Positions 50,001-64,000 of a stretch of 64,000 nucleotides of DNA are shown here, one piece after another. The notes below the pieces were generated by a model. It was not told the DNA's origin and ran no database searches. It saw only the letters and a list, made by a program, of their open reading frames with translations. Source of the stretch: Eledone cirrhosa. Taxonomy: Eukaryota. The stretch is from the NCBI GenBank assembly GCA_964016885.1, contig OZ024744.1, positions 39,866,001 through 39,930,000 on the forward strand, written 5' to 3'. Within the stretch, counting starts at the first letter, position 1; every line of letters begins with the position of its first letter. A program made the position numbers and the translations under genes.

Positions 50001-53000
50001 TTGATCCTACCCTTATGTTGATACATATTGTTGATCCTACCCCAATATAGACACATATTGTTGATCCTATCCTGATGTTGACACCTATTGTTGATCCTCC
50101 CCTAATGTTGACACCTATTGTTGATCCTACCCTTATGTTGACATGTATTGTTGATCCTACCCTAATGTTGACACATATTGTGGATCCTACCCCAATATTG
50201 ACACCTATTCTTGATCCTACCCTAATTTTGACACCTATTGTTGATCCTACCCGGATGTTGACATCTATTGTTGATCCTACCCTAATTTTGACACCTATTG
50301 TTGATCCTACCCGGATGTTGACACCTATTGTTGATCCTACCCTAATGTTGACACCTATTGTTGATACTACCCTAATGTTGACACCTATTGTTGATCCTAC
50401 CCCAAGGATGACACCTATTGTTGATCCTACCCTGATGATGACATCTATTGTTGATCCTACCCCAAGGTTGACACCTATTGTTGACCCTACCCTAATGTGA
50501 CACCTATTGTTGATCCTACCCTAATGTTGACACCTATTGTTGATCCTACCCTGATGTTGACACCTATTGTTGATCCTACCCTAATGTTGACACCTATTGT
50601 TGATACTACTCTGATGTTGACACCTATTGTTGATCCTACCATGATGTTGACACCTATTGTTGATCCTACCCTAATGTTGACACCTATTGTTGATTCTACC
50701 CTGATGTTGACACCTATTGTTGATCCTACCCTATTGTTGACACCTATTGTTGATCCTACCCTAATGTTGACACCTATTGTTGATCCTACCCTAATGTTCA
50801 CACATATTGTTGATCCTACCCTGATGTTGACACCTATTGTTGATCCTACCCTGATGTTGACACCTATTGTTGATCCTATCCTAATGTTGACACCTATTGT
50901 TGATCCTATCCTGATGTTGACACATATTGTTGATCCTACCCTAATGTTGACACATATTGTTGATCCTACACTGATGTTGACATCTATTGTTGATCCTACC
51001 CTAATGTTGGCACATATTGTTGATCCTACCCTAATGTTGACACCTATTGTTGATCCTACCCTAATGTTGATACATATTGTTGATCCTACCCTAATGTTGA
51101 TACATATTGTTGATCCTACCCTAATGTTGACACCTATTGTTGATCCTACCCAGATGTTGACACCTATTGTTGATCCTACCCTAATGTTGAGACCTATTGT
51201 TGGTCCTACCCTAATGTTGAGACCTATTGTTGATCCTACCCTAATGTTGACACATATTGTTGATCCTACCCTAATGTTGACACATATTGTTGATCCTACC
51301 CTAATTTTGATAAATATTGTTGATCCTACCCTGATGTTGACATCTATTGTTGATCCTATCCTAATGTTGACACATATTGTGGATCCTACCCTGATGTTGA
51401 CACCTATTGTTGATCCTACCCTAATGTTGGCACCTATTGGTGATCCTACCCCAATGTTGACACCTATTGTTGATCCTACCCTAATGTTGACACCTATTGT
51501 TGATCCTACCCTAATGTTGACACCTATTGTTGATACTACCCTAATGTTGACACCTATTGTTGATCCTACCACAAGGTTGACACCTATTGTTAATCCTACC
51601 CTAATGTTGACACCTATTGTTGATCCTACCCTAATGTTGACACCTATTGTTGATCCTAACCTGATGTTGACACATATTGTTGATCCTACCCTAATGTTGA
51701 CACCTATTGTTGATCCTACCCTGATGTTGACATCTATTGTTGATCCTATCCTAATGTTGACACATATTGTTGATCCTACCCTAATGTTGACACATATTGT
51801 TGATCCTACACTGATGTTGACATCTATTGTTGATCCTACCCTAATGTTGACACCTATTGTTGATCCTACCCTGATGTTGACATCTATTGTTGACCCTATC
51901 CTAAAGTTGACACCTATTGTTGATCCTATCCTGATGTTGACACATATTGTTGATCCTACCCTAATGTTGACACATATTGTGGATCCTACACTTATGTTGA
52001 CATCTATTGTTGATCCTACCCTAATGTTGGCACATATTGTGGATCCTACCCTAATGTTGACACCTATTGTTGATCCTACCCTAATGTTGATACATATTGT
52101 TGATCCTACCCTAATGTTGACACATATTGTTGATCCTACTCTAATGTTGATACATATTGTTGATCCTACCCTAATGTTGACACCTATTGTTGATCCTACC
52201 CTGATGTTGACATCTATTGTTGATCCTACCCTAATGTTGACACCTATTGTTGATCCTACCCTGATGTTGACATCTATTGTTGATCCTATCCTAAAGTTGA
52301 CACCTATTGTTGATCCTATCCTGATGTTGACACATATTGTTGATCCTACCCTAATGTTGACACCTATTGTTGATACTACTCTGATGTTGACACCTATTGT
52401 TGATCCTACCATGATGTTGACACATATTGTTGATCCTACTCTAATGTTGACACCTATTGTTGATCCTACCCTGATGTTGACATCTATTGTTGATCCTATC
52501 CTAATGTTGACACATATTGTTGATCCTACCCTAATGTTGACACATATTGTTGATCCTACACTGATGTTGACATCTATTGTTGATCCTACCCTAATGTTGA
52601 CACCTATTGTTGATCCTACCCTGATGTTGACATCTATTGTTGATCCTATCCTTGAGTTGACACCTATTGTTGATCCTATCCTGATGTTGACACATATTGT
52701 TGATCCTACCCTAATGTTGACACATATTGTTGATCCTACACTTATGTTGACATCTATTGTTGATCCTACCCTAATGTTGGCACATATTGTGGATCCTACC
52801 CTAATGTTGACACCTATTGTTGATCCTACCCTAATGTTGATACATATTGTTGATCCTACCCTAATGTTGACACATATTGTTGATCCTACTCTAATATTGA
52901 TACATATTGTTGATCCTACCCTAATGTTGACACCTATTGTTGATCCTACCCTGATGTTGACATCTATTGTTGATCCTACCCTAATGTTGACACCTATTGT

Positions 53001-56000
53001 TGATCCTACCCTGATGTTGACATCTATTGTTGATCCTATCCTAAAGTTGACACCTATTGTTGATCCTATCCTGATGTTGACACATATTGTTGATCCTACC
53101 CTAATGTTGATACATATTGTTGATCCTACTCTAATGTTGATACATATTGTTGATCCTACCCTAATGTTGACACCTATTGTTGATCCTACCCTGATGTTGA
53201 CATCTATTGTTGATCCTACCCCAAGGTTGACACCTATTGTTGATCCTACCCTAATGTGACACCTATTGTTGATCCTATCCTAAAGTTGACACCTATTGTT
53301 GATCCTACCCTGATGTTGACATCTATTGTTGATCCTATCCTAATGTTGACACCTATTGTTGATCCTATCCTGATGTTGACACATATTGTTGATCCTACCC
53401 TAATGTTGACACATATTGTTGATCCTACACTGATGTTGACATCTATTGTTGATCCTACCCTAATGTTGGCACATATTGTGGATCCTACCCTAATGTTGAT
53501 ACATATTGTTGATCCTACCCTAATGTTGACACCTATTGTTGATCCTACCCTGATGTTGACATTTATTGTTGATCCTACTACAATGTTGACACTTATTGTT
53601 GATCCTACCCTGATGTTGACATCTATTGTTGATCCTACCCTAATGTTGACACCTATTGTTGATTCTATCCTGATGTTGACACATATTGTTGATCCTACCC
53701 TGATGTTGACATATATTGTTGATCCTACCTTAATGTTGACACACATTGTGGATCCTACCCTAATGTTGATACATATTGTTGATCCTACCCTGATGTTGAC
53801 ACCTATTGTTGATCCTACTCTAATGTTGACACATATTGTTGATCCTACTCTAATGTTGACACCTATTGGTGATCCTACCCCAATGTTGACACCTATTGTT
53901 GATCCTACCCTAATGTTGACACCTATTGTTGATTCTACCCTGATGTTGACACCTATTGTTGATCCTACCCTATTGTTGACACCTATTGTTGATCCTACCC
54001 TAATGTTGACACCTATTGTTGATCCTACCCTAATGTTCACACATATTGTTGATGCTACCCTGATGTTGACAGCTATTGTTGATCCTACCCTGATGTTGAC
54101 ACCTATTGTTCATCCTACCCTAATGTTGACACCTATTGTTGGTCCTACCCTAATGTTGAGACCTATTGTTGATCCTACCCTAATGTTGACACATATTGTT
54201 GATCCTACCCTTATGTTGATACATATTGTTGATCCTACCCCAATATAGACACATATTGTTGATCCTATCCTGATGTTGACACCTATTGTTGATCCTCCCC
54301 TAATGTTGACACCTATTGTTGATCCTACCCTTATGTTGACATGTATTGTTGATCCTACCCTAATGTTGACACATATTGTGGATCCTACCCCAATATTGAC
54401 ACCTATTCTTGATCCTACCCTAATTTTGACACCTATTGTTGATCCTACCCGGATGTTGACATCTATTGTTGATCCTACCCTAATTTTGACACCTATTGTT
54501 GATCCTACCCGGATGTTGACACCTATTGTTGATCCTACCCTAATGTTGACACCTATTGTTGATACTACCCTAATGTTGACACCTATTGTTGATCCTACCC
54601 CAAGGATGACACCTATTGTTGATCCTACCCTGATGATGACATCTATTGTTGATCCTACCCCAAGGTTGACACCTATTGTTGACCCTACCCTAATGTGACA
54701 CCTATTGTTGATCCTACCCTAATGTTGACACCTATTGTTGATCCTACCCTGATGTTGACACCTATTGTTGATCCTACCCTAATGTTGACACCTATTGTTG
54801 ATACTACTCTGATGTTGACACCTATTGTTGATCCTACCATGATGTTGACACCTATTGTTGATCCTACCCTAATGTTGACACCTATTGTTGATTCTACCCT
54901 GATGTTGACACCTATTGTTGATCCTACCCTATTGTTGACACCTATTGTTGATCCTACCCTAATGTTGACACCTATTGTTGATCCTACCCTAATGTTCACA
55001 CATATTGTTGATCCTACCCTGATGTTGACACCTATTGTTGATCCTACCCTGATGTTGACACCTATTGTTGATCCTATCCTAATGTTGACACCTATTGTTG
55101 ATCCTATCCTGATGTTGACACATATTGTTGATCCTACCCTAATGTTGACACATATTGTTGATCCTACACTGATGTTGACATCTATTGTTGATCCTACCCT
55201 AATGTTGGCACATATTGTTGATCCTACCCTAATGTTGACACCTATTGTTGATCCTACCCTAATGTTGATACATATTGTTGATCCTACCCTAATGTTGATA
55301 CATATTGTTGATCCTACCCTAATGTTGACACCTATTGTTGATCCTACCCTGATGTTGACATCTATTGTTGATCCTACCACAATGTTGACACTTATTGTTG
55401 ATCCTACCCTGATGTTGACATCTATTGTTGATCCTATCCTAATGTTGACACCTATTGTTGATTCTATCCTGATGTTGACACATATTGTTGATCCTACCCT
55501 GATGTTGACATATATTGTTGATCCTAACCTAATGTTGACACACATAGTGGATCCTACCCTAATGTTGATACATATTGTTGATCCTACCCTGATGTTGACA
55601 CCTATTGCTGATCCTACCCTAATGTTGACACATATTGTTGATCCTACTCTAATGTTGACACCTATTGGTGATCCTACCCCAATGTTGACACCTATTGTTG
55701 ATGCTACCCTAATGTTGACACCTATTGTTGATTCTACCCTGATGTTGACACCTATTGTTGATCCTACCCTATTGTTGACACCTATTGTTGATCCTACCCT
55801 AATGTTGACACCTATTGTTGATCCTACCCTAATGTTCACACATATTGTTGATCCTACCCTGATGTTGACACCTATTGTTGGTCCTACCCTAATGTTGAGA
55901 CCTATTGTTGATCCTACCCTAATTTTGATAAATATTGTTGATCCTACCCTGATGTTGACACCTATTGTTGATCCTACCCTAATGTTGACACCTATTGTTG

Positions 56001-59000
56001 ATCCTACCTTAATGTTGACACCTATTGTTGATCCTACCCCAAGGTTGACACCTATTGTTGATCCTACCCTAATGTGACACCTATTGTTGATCCTACCCTA
56101 ATGTTGACACCTATTGTTGATCCTACCCTAATGTTGACACCTATTGTTGATCCTACCCTGATGTTGACACCTATTGTTAATCCTACCCTAATGTTGACAC
56201 CTATTGTTGATACTACTCTGATGTTGACACCTATTGTTGATCCTACCATGATGTTGACACCTATTGTTGATCCTCCCCTAATGTTGACACCTATTGGTGA
56301 TCCTACCCCAATGTTGACACCTATTGTTGATCCTACCCTAATGTTGACACCTTTTGTTGATTCTACCCTGATGTTGACACCTATTGTTGATCCTACCCTA
56401 TTGTTGACACCTATTGTTGATCCTACCCTAATGTTGAGACCTATTGTTGATCCTACCCTAATGTTCACACATATATTGTTGATCCTACCCTGATGTTGAC
56501 ACCTATTGTTGATCCTACCCTGATGTTGACACCTATTGTTGATCCTACCCTAATGTTGACACCTATTGTTGGTCCTACCCTAATGTTGAGACCTATTGTT
56601 GATCCTACCCTAATGTTGACACATATTGTTGATCCTACCCTAATTTTGATAAATATTGTTGATCCTACCCTGATGTTGACATCTATTGTTGATCCTACCC
56701 TAATGTTGGCACATATTGTTGATCCTACCCTAATGTTGACACCTATTGTTGATCCTACCCTAATGTTGATACATATTGTTGATCCTACCCTAATGTTGAT
56801 ACATATTGTTGATCCTACCCTAATGTTGACACCTATTGTTGATCCTACCCTGATGTTGACATCTATTGTTGATCCTACCACAATGTTGACACTTATTGTT
56901 GATCCTACCCTGATGTTGACATCTATTGTTGATCCTATCCTAATGTTGACACCTATTGTTGATTCTATCCTGATGTTGACACATATTGTTGATCCTACCC
57001 TGATGTTGACATATATTGTTGATCCTAACCTAATGTTGACACACATAGTGGATCCTACCCTAATGTTGACACATATTGTTGATCCTACCCTAATTTTGAT
57101 AAATATTGTTGATCCTACCCTGATGTTGACATCTATTGTTGATCCTACCCTAATGTTGGCACATATTGTTGATCCTACCCTAATGTTGACACCTATTGTT
57201 GATCCTACCCTAATGTTGATACATATTGTTGATCCTACCCTAATGTTGATACATATTGTTGATCCTACCCTAATGTTGACACCTATTGTTGATCCTACCC
57301 TGATGTTGACATCTATTGTTGATCCTACCACAATGTTGACACTTATTGTTGATCCTACCCTGATGTTGACATCTATTGTTGATCCTATCCTAATGTTGAC
57401 ACCTATTGTTGATTCTATCCTGATGTTGACACATATTGTTGATCCTACCCTGATGTTGACATATATTGTTGATCCTAACCTAATGTTGACACACATAGTG
57501 GATCCTACCCTAATGTTGATACATATTGTTGATCCTACCCTGATGTTGACACCTATTGCTGATCCTACCCTAATGTTGACACATATTGTTGATCCTACTC
57601 TAATGTTGACACCTATTGGTGATCCTACCCCAATGTTGACACCTATTGTTGATGCTACCCTAATGTTGACACCTATTGTTGATTCTACCCTGATGTTGAC
57701 ACCTATTGTTGATCCTACCCTATTGTTGACACCTATTGTTGATCCTACCCTAATGTTGACACCTATTGTTGATCCTACCCTAATGTTCACACATATTGTT
57801 GATCCTACCCTGATGTTGACACCTATTGTTGGTCCTACCCTAATGTTGAGACCTATTGTTGATCCTACCCTAATTTTGATAAATATTGTTGATCCTACCC
57901 TGATGTTGACACCTATTGTTGATCCTACCCTAATGTTGACACCTATTGTTGATCCTACCTTAATGTTGACACCTATTGTTGATCCTACCCCAAGGTTGAC
58001 ACCTATTGTTGATCCTACCCTAATGTGACACCTATTGTTGATCCTACCCTAATGTTGACAACTATTGTTGATCCTACCCTAATGTTGACACCTATTGTTG
58101 ATCCTACCCTGATGTTGACACCTATTGTTAATCCTACCCTAATGTTGACACCTATTGTTGATACTACTCTGATGTTGACACCTATTGTTGATCCTACCAT
58201 GATGTTGACACCTATTGTTGATCCTCCCCTAATGTTGACACCTATTGGTGATCCTACCCCAATGTTGACACCTATTGTTGATCCTACCCTAATGTTGACA
58301 CCTTTTGTTGATTCTACCCTGATGTTGACACCTATTGTTGATCCTACCCTATTGTTGACACCTATTGTTGATCCTACCCTAATGTTGAGACCTATTGTTG
58401 ATCCTACCCTAATGTTCACACATATATTGTTGATCCTACCCTGATGTTGACACCTATTGTTGATCCTACCCTGATGTTGACACCTATTGTTGATCCTACC
58501 CTAATGTTGACACCTATTGTTGGTCCTACCCTAATGTTGAGACCTATTGTTGATCCTACCCTAATGTTGACACATATTGTTGATCCTACCCTAATTTTGA
58601 TAAATATTGTTGATCCTACCCTGATGTTGACATCTATTGTTGATCCTATCCTAATGTTGACACATATTGTGGATCCTACCCTAATGTTGATACATATTGT
58701 TGATCCTACCCTGATGTTGACACCTATTGTTGATCCTACCCTAATGTTGGCACCTATTGGTGATCCTACCCCAATGTTGACACCTATTGTTGATCCTACC
58801 CTAATGTTGACACCTATTGTTGATCCTACCCTAATGTTGACACCTATTGTTGATACTACCCTAATGTTGACACCTATTGTTGATCCTACCACAAGGTTGA
58901 CACCTATTGTTAATCCTACCCTAATGTTGACACCTATTGTTGATCCTACCCTAATGTTGACACCTATTGTTGATCCTAACCTGATGTTGACACATATTGT

Positions 59001-62000
59001 TGATCCTACCCTAATGTTGACACCTATTGTTGATCCTACCCTGATGTTGACATCTATTGTTGATCCTATCCTAATGTTGACACATATTGTTGATCCTACC
59101 CTAATGTTGACACATATTGTTGATCCTACACTGATGTTGACATCTATTGTTGATCCTACCCTAATGTTGACACCTATTGTTGATCCTACCCTGATGTTGA
59201 CATCTATTGTTGACCCTATCCTAAAGTTGACACCTATTGTTGATCCTATCCTGATGTTGACACATATTGTTGATCCTACCCTAACGTTGACACATATTGT
59301 TGATCCTACACTTATGTTGACATCTATTGTTGATCCTACCCTAATGTTGGCACATATTGTGGATCCTACCCTAATGTTGACACCTATTGTTGATCCTACC
59401 CTAATGTTGATACATATTGTTGATCCTACCCTAATGTTGACACATATTGTTGATCCTACTCTAATGTTGATACATATTGTTGATCCTACCTAATGTTGAC
59501 ACCTATTGTTGATCCTACCCTGATGTTGACATCTATTGTTGATCCTACCACAATGTTGACACTTATTGTTGATCCTACCCTGATGTTGACCTCTATTGTT
59601 GATCCTATCCTAATGTTGACACCTATTGTTGATTCTATCCTGATGTTGACACATATTGTTGATCCTACCCTGATGTTGACATATATTGTTGATCCTAACC
59701 TGATGTTGACACCTATTGTTGATCCAACCCTAATGTTGACACCTATTGTTGATCCTACCCTGATGTTGGCATCTATTGTTGATCCTATCCTAATGTTGAC
59801 ACCTATTGTTGATCCTATCCTGATGTTGACACATATTGTTGATGCTACCCTAATGTTGACACGTATTGTTGATCCTACGCTGATGTTGACATCTATTGTT
59901 GATCCTACCCTAATGTTGACACATATTGTTGATCCTACCCCAATGTTGACACATATTGTTGATCCTACCCTAATGTTGACACATATTGTTGATCCTACAC
60001 TGATGTTGACATCTATTGTTGATCCTACCCTAATGTTGACACCTATTGTTGATCCTACTCTGATGTTGACATCTATTGTTGATCCTATCCTAAAGTTGAC
60101 ACCTATTGTTGATCCTATCCTGATGTTGACACATATTGTTGATCCTACCCTAATGTTGACACATATTGTTGATCCTACACTCATGTTGACATCTATTGTT
60201 GATCCTACCCTAATGTTGGCACATATTGTGGATCCTACCCTAATGTTGACACCTATTGTTGATCCTACCTCAATGTTGATACATATTGTTGATCCTACCC
60301 TAATGTTGACACATATTGTTGATCCTACTCTAATGTTGATACATATTGTTGATCCTACCTAATGTTGACACCTATTGTTGATCCTACCCTGATGTTGACA
60401 TCTATTGTTGATCCTACCACAATGTTGACACTTATTGTTGATCCTACCCTGATGTTGACCTCTATTGTTGATCCTATCCTAATGTTGACACCTATTGTTG
60501 ATTCTATCCTGATGTTGACACATATTGTTGATCCTACCCTGATGTTGACATATATTGTTGATCCTAACCTGATGTTGACACCTATTGTTGATCCAACCCT
60601 AATGTTGACACCTATTGTTGATCCTACCCTGATGTTGGCATCTATTGTTGATCCTATCCTAATGTTGACACCTATTGTTGATCCTATCCTGATGTTGACA
60701 CATATTGTTGATGCTACCCTAATGTTGACACGTATTGTTGATCCTACGCTGATGTTGACATCTATTGTTGATCCTACCCTAATGTTGACACATATTGTTG
60801 ATCCTACCCCAATGTTGACACATATTGTTGATCCTACCCTAATGTTGACACATATTGTTGATCCTACACTGATGTTGACATCTATTGTTGATCCTACCCT
60901 AATGTTGACACCTATTGTTGATCCTACTCTGATGTTGACATCTATTGTTGATCCTATCCTAAAGTTGACACCTATTGTTGATCCTATCCTGATGTTGACA
61001 CATATTGTTGATCCTACCCTAATGTTGACACATATTGTTGATCCTACACTCATGTTGACATCTATTGTTGATCCTACCCTAATGTTGGCACATATTGTGG
61101 ATCCTACCCTAATGTTGACACCTATTGTTGATCCTACCCTAATGTTGATACATATTGTTGATCCTACCCTAATGTTGACACATATTGTTGATCCTACTCT
61201 AATGTTGATACATATTGTTGATCCTACCCTAATGTTGACACCTATTGGTGATACTACCCTGATGTTGACATCTATTGTTGATCCTACCACAATGTTGACA
61301 CCTATTGTTGATCCTACCCTGATGTTGACATCTATTGTTGATCCTATCCTAATGTTGACACCTATTGTTGATTCTATCCTGATGTTGACACATATTGTTG
61401 ATCCTACCCTGATGTTGACATATATTGTTGATCCTAACCTGATGTTGACACCTATTGTTGATCCTACCCTAATGTTGACACCTATTGTTGATCCTACCCT
61501 GATGTTGACATCTATTGTTGATCCTAACCTAATGTTGACACATATTGTTGATCCTACCCTAATGTTGACACATATTGTTGATCCTACACTGATGTTGACA
61601 TCTATTGTTGATCCTACCCTAATGTTGGCACAAATTGTGGATCCTACCCTAATGTTGATACATATTGTTGATCCTACTCTAATGTTGATACATATTGTTG
61701 ATCCTACCCTAATGTTGACACCTATTGTTGATCCTACCCTGATGTTGACATCTATTGTTGATCCTACCACAATGTTGACACTTATTGTTGATCCCCACCT
61801 GGTGTTGACACCTATTGTTGATCCTACCCTGATGTTGACATCTATTGTTGATCCTACCCTAATGTTGACACCTATTGTTGATCCTACCCTTATGTTGACA
61901 TCTATGGTTGATCCTATTTTAATGCTGACACCTATTGTTGATCCTATCCTGATGTTGACACATATTGTTGATCCTACCCTGATGTTGACACATATTGTTG

Positions 62001-64000
62001 ATCTTACCCTAATGTTGACACCTATTGTTGATCCTACCCTGATGTTGACATCTATTGTTGATCCTACCACAATGTTGACACTTATTGTTGATCCTACCCT
62101 GATGTTGACATCTATTGTTGATCCTATGTTAATGTTGACACCTATTGTTGATTCTATCCTGATGTTGACACATATTGTTGATCCTACCCTGATGTTGACA
62201 TATATTGTTGATCCTACCCTAATGTTGACACATATTGTGGATCCTACCCTAATGTTGATACATATTGTTGATCCTACCCTGATGTTGACACCTATTGTTG
62301 ATCCTACCCTAATGTTGGCACATATTGTTGATCCTACTCTAATGTTGACACATATTGTTGATCCTACCCTAATGTTGACACCTATTGGTGATCCTACCCC
62401 AATGTTGACACCTATTGTTGATCCTCCCCAAATGTTGACACCTATTGTTGATCCTACCCTAATGTTGACACCTATTGTTGATCCTACTCTAATGTTGACA
62501 CCTATTGTTGATACTACCCTAATGTTGACACCTATTGTTGATCCTACCACAAGGTTGACACCTATTGTTAATCCTACCCTAATGTTGACACCTATTGTTG
62601 ATCCTACCCTGATGTTGACATCTATTGTTGATCCTATCCTAATGTTGACACATATTGTTGATGCTACCCTAATGTTGCCACATATTGTTGATCCTACCCT
62701 AATGTTGACACCTATTGTTGATCCTACCCTAATGTTGACACCTATTGTTGATCCTACACTGATGTTGACACCTATTGTTGATGCTACCCTAATGTTGCCA
62801 CATATTGTTGATCCTACCCTAATGTTGACACCTATTGTTGATCCTACCCTGATGTTGACACCTATTGTTGGTCCTACCCTGATGTTGACACCTATTGTTG
62901 ATCCTACCCTGATATTGACACCTATTGTTGATCCTACCCTGATGTTGACATCTATCGTTGATCCTAACCTAATGTTGACACCTATCGTTGATCCTACCCT
63001 AATGTTGACACCTATTGTTGATCCTACCTAATGTTGACACCTATTGTTGATCCTATTCTGATGTTGATACATATTGTTGATACTACCCTAATGTTGACAC
63101 ATATTGTGGGTCCTTGCCTAATGTTGACACATATTGTTGATACCTATTGTTGATCCTACCCTAATGTTGACACCTATTGTTGATCCTACCCTAATGATGA
63201 CACATATTGTTGATCCTACTCTAATGTTTACACATATTGTTGATCCTACCCCAATGTTGACACCTATTGTTTATCCTACCCCAATGTTGACACCTATTGT
63301 TAATCCTAACCTAATGTTGACACCTATTGTTGATCCTATCCTAATGTTGACACATATTGTGGATTTTACCCTAATGTTGACACATATTGTTGATCCTACC
63401 CTAATGTTGACACATATTGTTGATCCTACCCTAATGTTCACACATATTATTGATCCCACTCTAATGTTGACACATATTGGTGATCCTACCCTAATGTTGA
63501 CACATATTGTTGATCCTACCCTAATGTTGACACCTATTGTTGATCCTATCCTGATGTTGATACATATTGTTGATCCTACCCTAATGTTGACACCTATTGT
63601 TGATCCTACCCTAATGTTGACACATATTGTTGATTCTACACTGATGTTGACAGCTATTGTTGATGCTACCCTAATGTTGCCACATATTGTTGATCCTACC
63701 CTGATATTGACACCTATTGTTGATCCTATCCTGATGTTGATACATATTGTTGATCCTACCCTAATGTTGACACCTATTGTTGATCCTACCCTAATGTTGA
63801 CACATATTGTTGATCCTACACTGATGTTGACACCTATTGTTGATGCTACCCTAATGTTGCCACATATTGTTGATCCTACCCTAATGTTGACACCTATTGT
63901 TGATCCTACCCTAATGTTGACACCTATTGTTGGTCCTACTCTGCTGTTGACACCTATTGTTGATCCTACCCTGATATTGACACCTATTGTTGATCCTACC
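26083..64000. repeat. 30-bp satellite array (consensus GATCCTACCCTAATGTTGACACCTATTGTT), about 1260 monomers, running off the window end
   Basis: Uninterrupted head-to-tail 30-bp period in a single orientation with point variants and rare indels; no foreign insertions seen. Confidence 0.99.

Noticed and set aside
26087-63459. Long ORFs (up to 974 aa) of MLTPIVDPTL repeats on + and VGSTIGVNIR repeats on -
   Set aside because: The 30-bp monomer is a multiple of 3 and stop-free in one frame per strand, so long ORFs arise automatically. Frameshifting indels (-1, +2, -13) and stops have been amplified along with the blocks, many common variants are non-synonymous, and there are no unique N- or C-terminal domains. 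Ribo-seq or proteomics would be needed to overturn this.
26083-64000. CRISPR-like array (30-bp repeats)
   Set aside because: Repeats are contiguous with no unique spacers, there are no cas genes, and the context is eukaryotic

Overview
AT-rich, repeat-dense eukaryotic DNA. The repeat families resemble those of Octopus/coleoid cephalopods, which is an inference from remembered repeat motifs and not a database result. Bases 1-26080 are a mosaic of mostly decayed transposons: several RTE-clade LINE copies (one near full length at about 18.7-21.8 kb, with APE, RT and a PHD-type C4HC3 finger inside the RT), a Penelope-like (GIY-YIG) remnant, a CR1/L2-like 3' end, two CRE-like restriction-endonuclease (RLE) 3' fragments, tRNA-derived SINEs, RTE-tailed non-autonomous elements, non-autonomous Helitrons, TTAA/piggyBac-like MITEs, microsatellites and a degenerate (CCCTAA)n-like tract. 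From about 26083 to the window end (about 37.9 kb, roughly 1260 monomers) lies a 30-bp satellite, GATCCTACCCTAATGTTGACACCTATTGTT. It carries one telomeric hexamer per monomer, a 17+13-bp internal substructure and irregular kb-scale duplications. All long ORFs in that array are best explained as a by-product of the 30-bp period. No intact protein-coding gene is evident, only a few candidate small exons. I see no convincing novel multi-gene system; the most interesting signals are structural.
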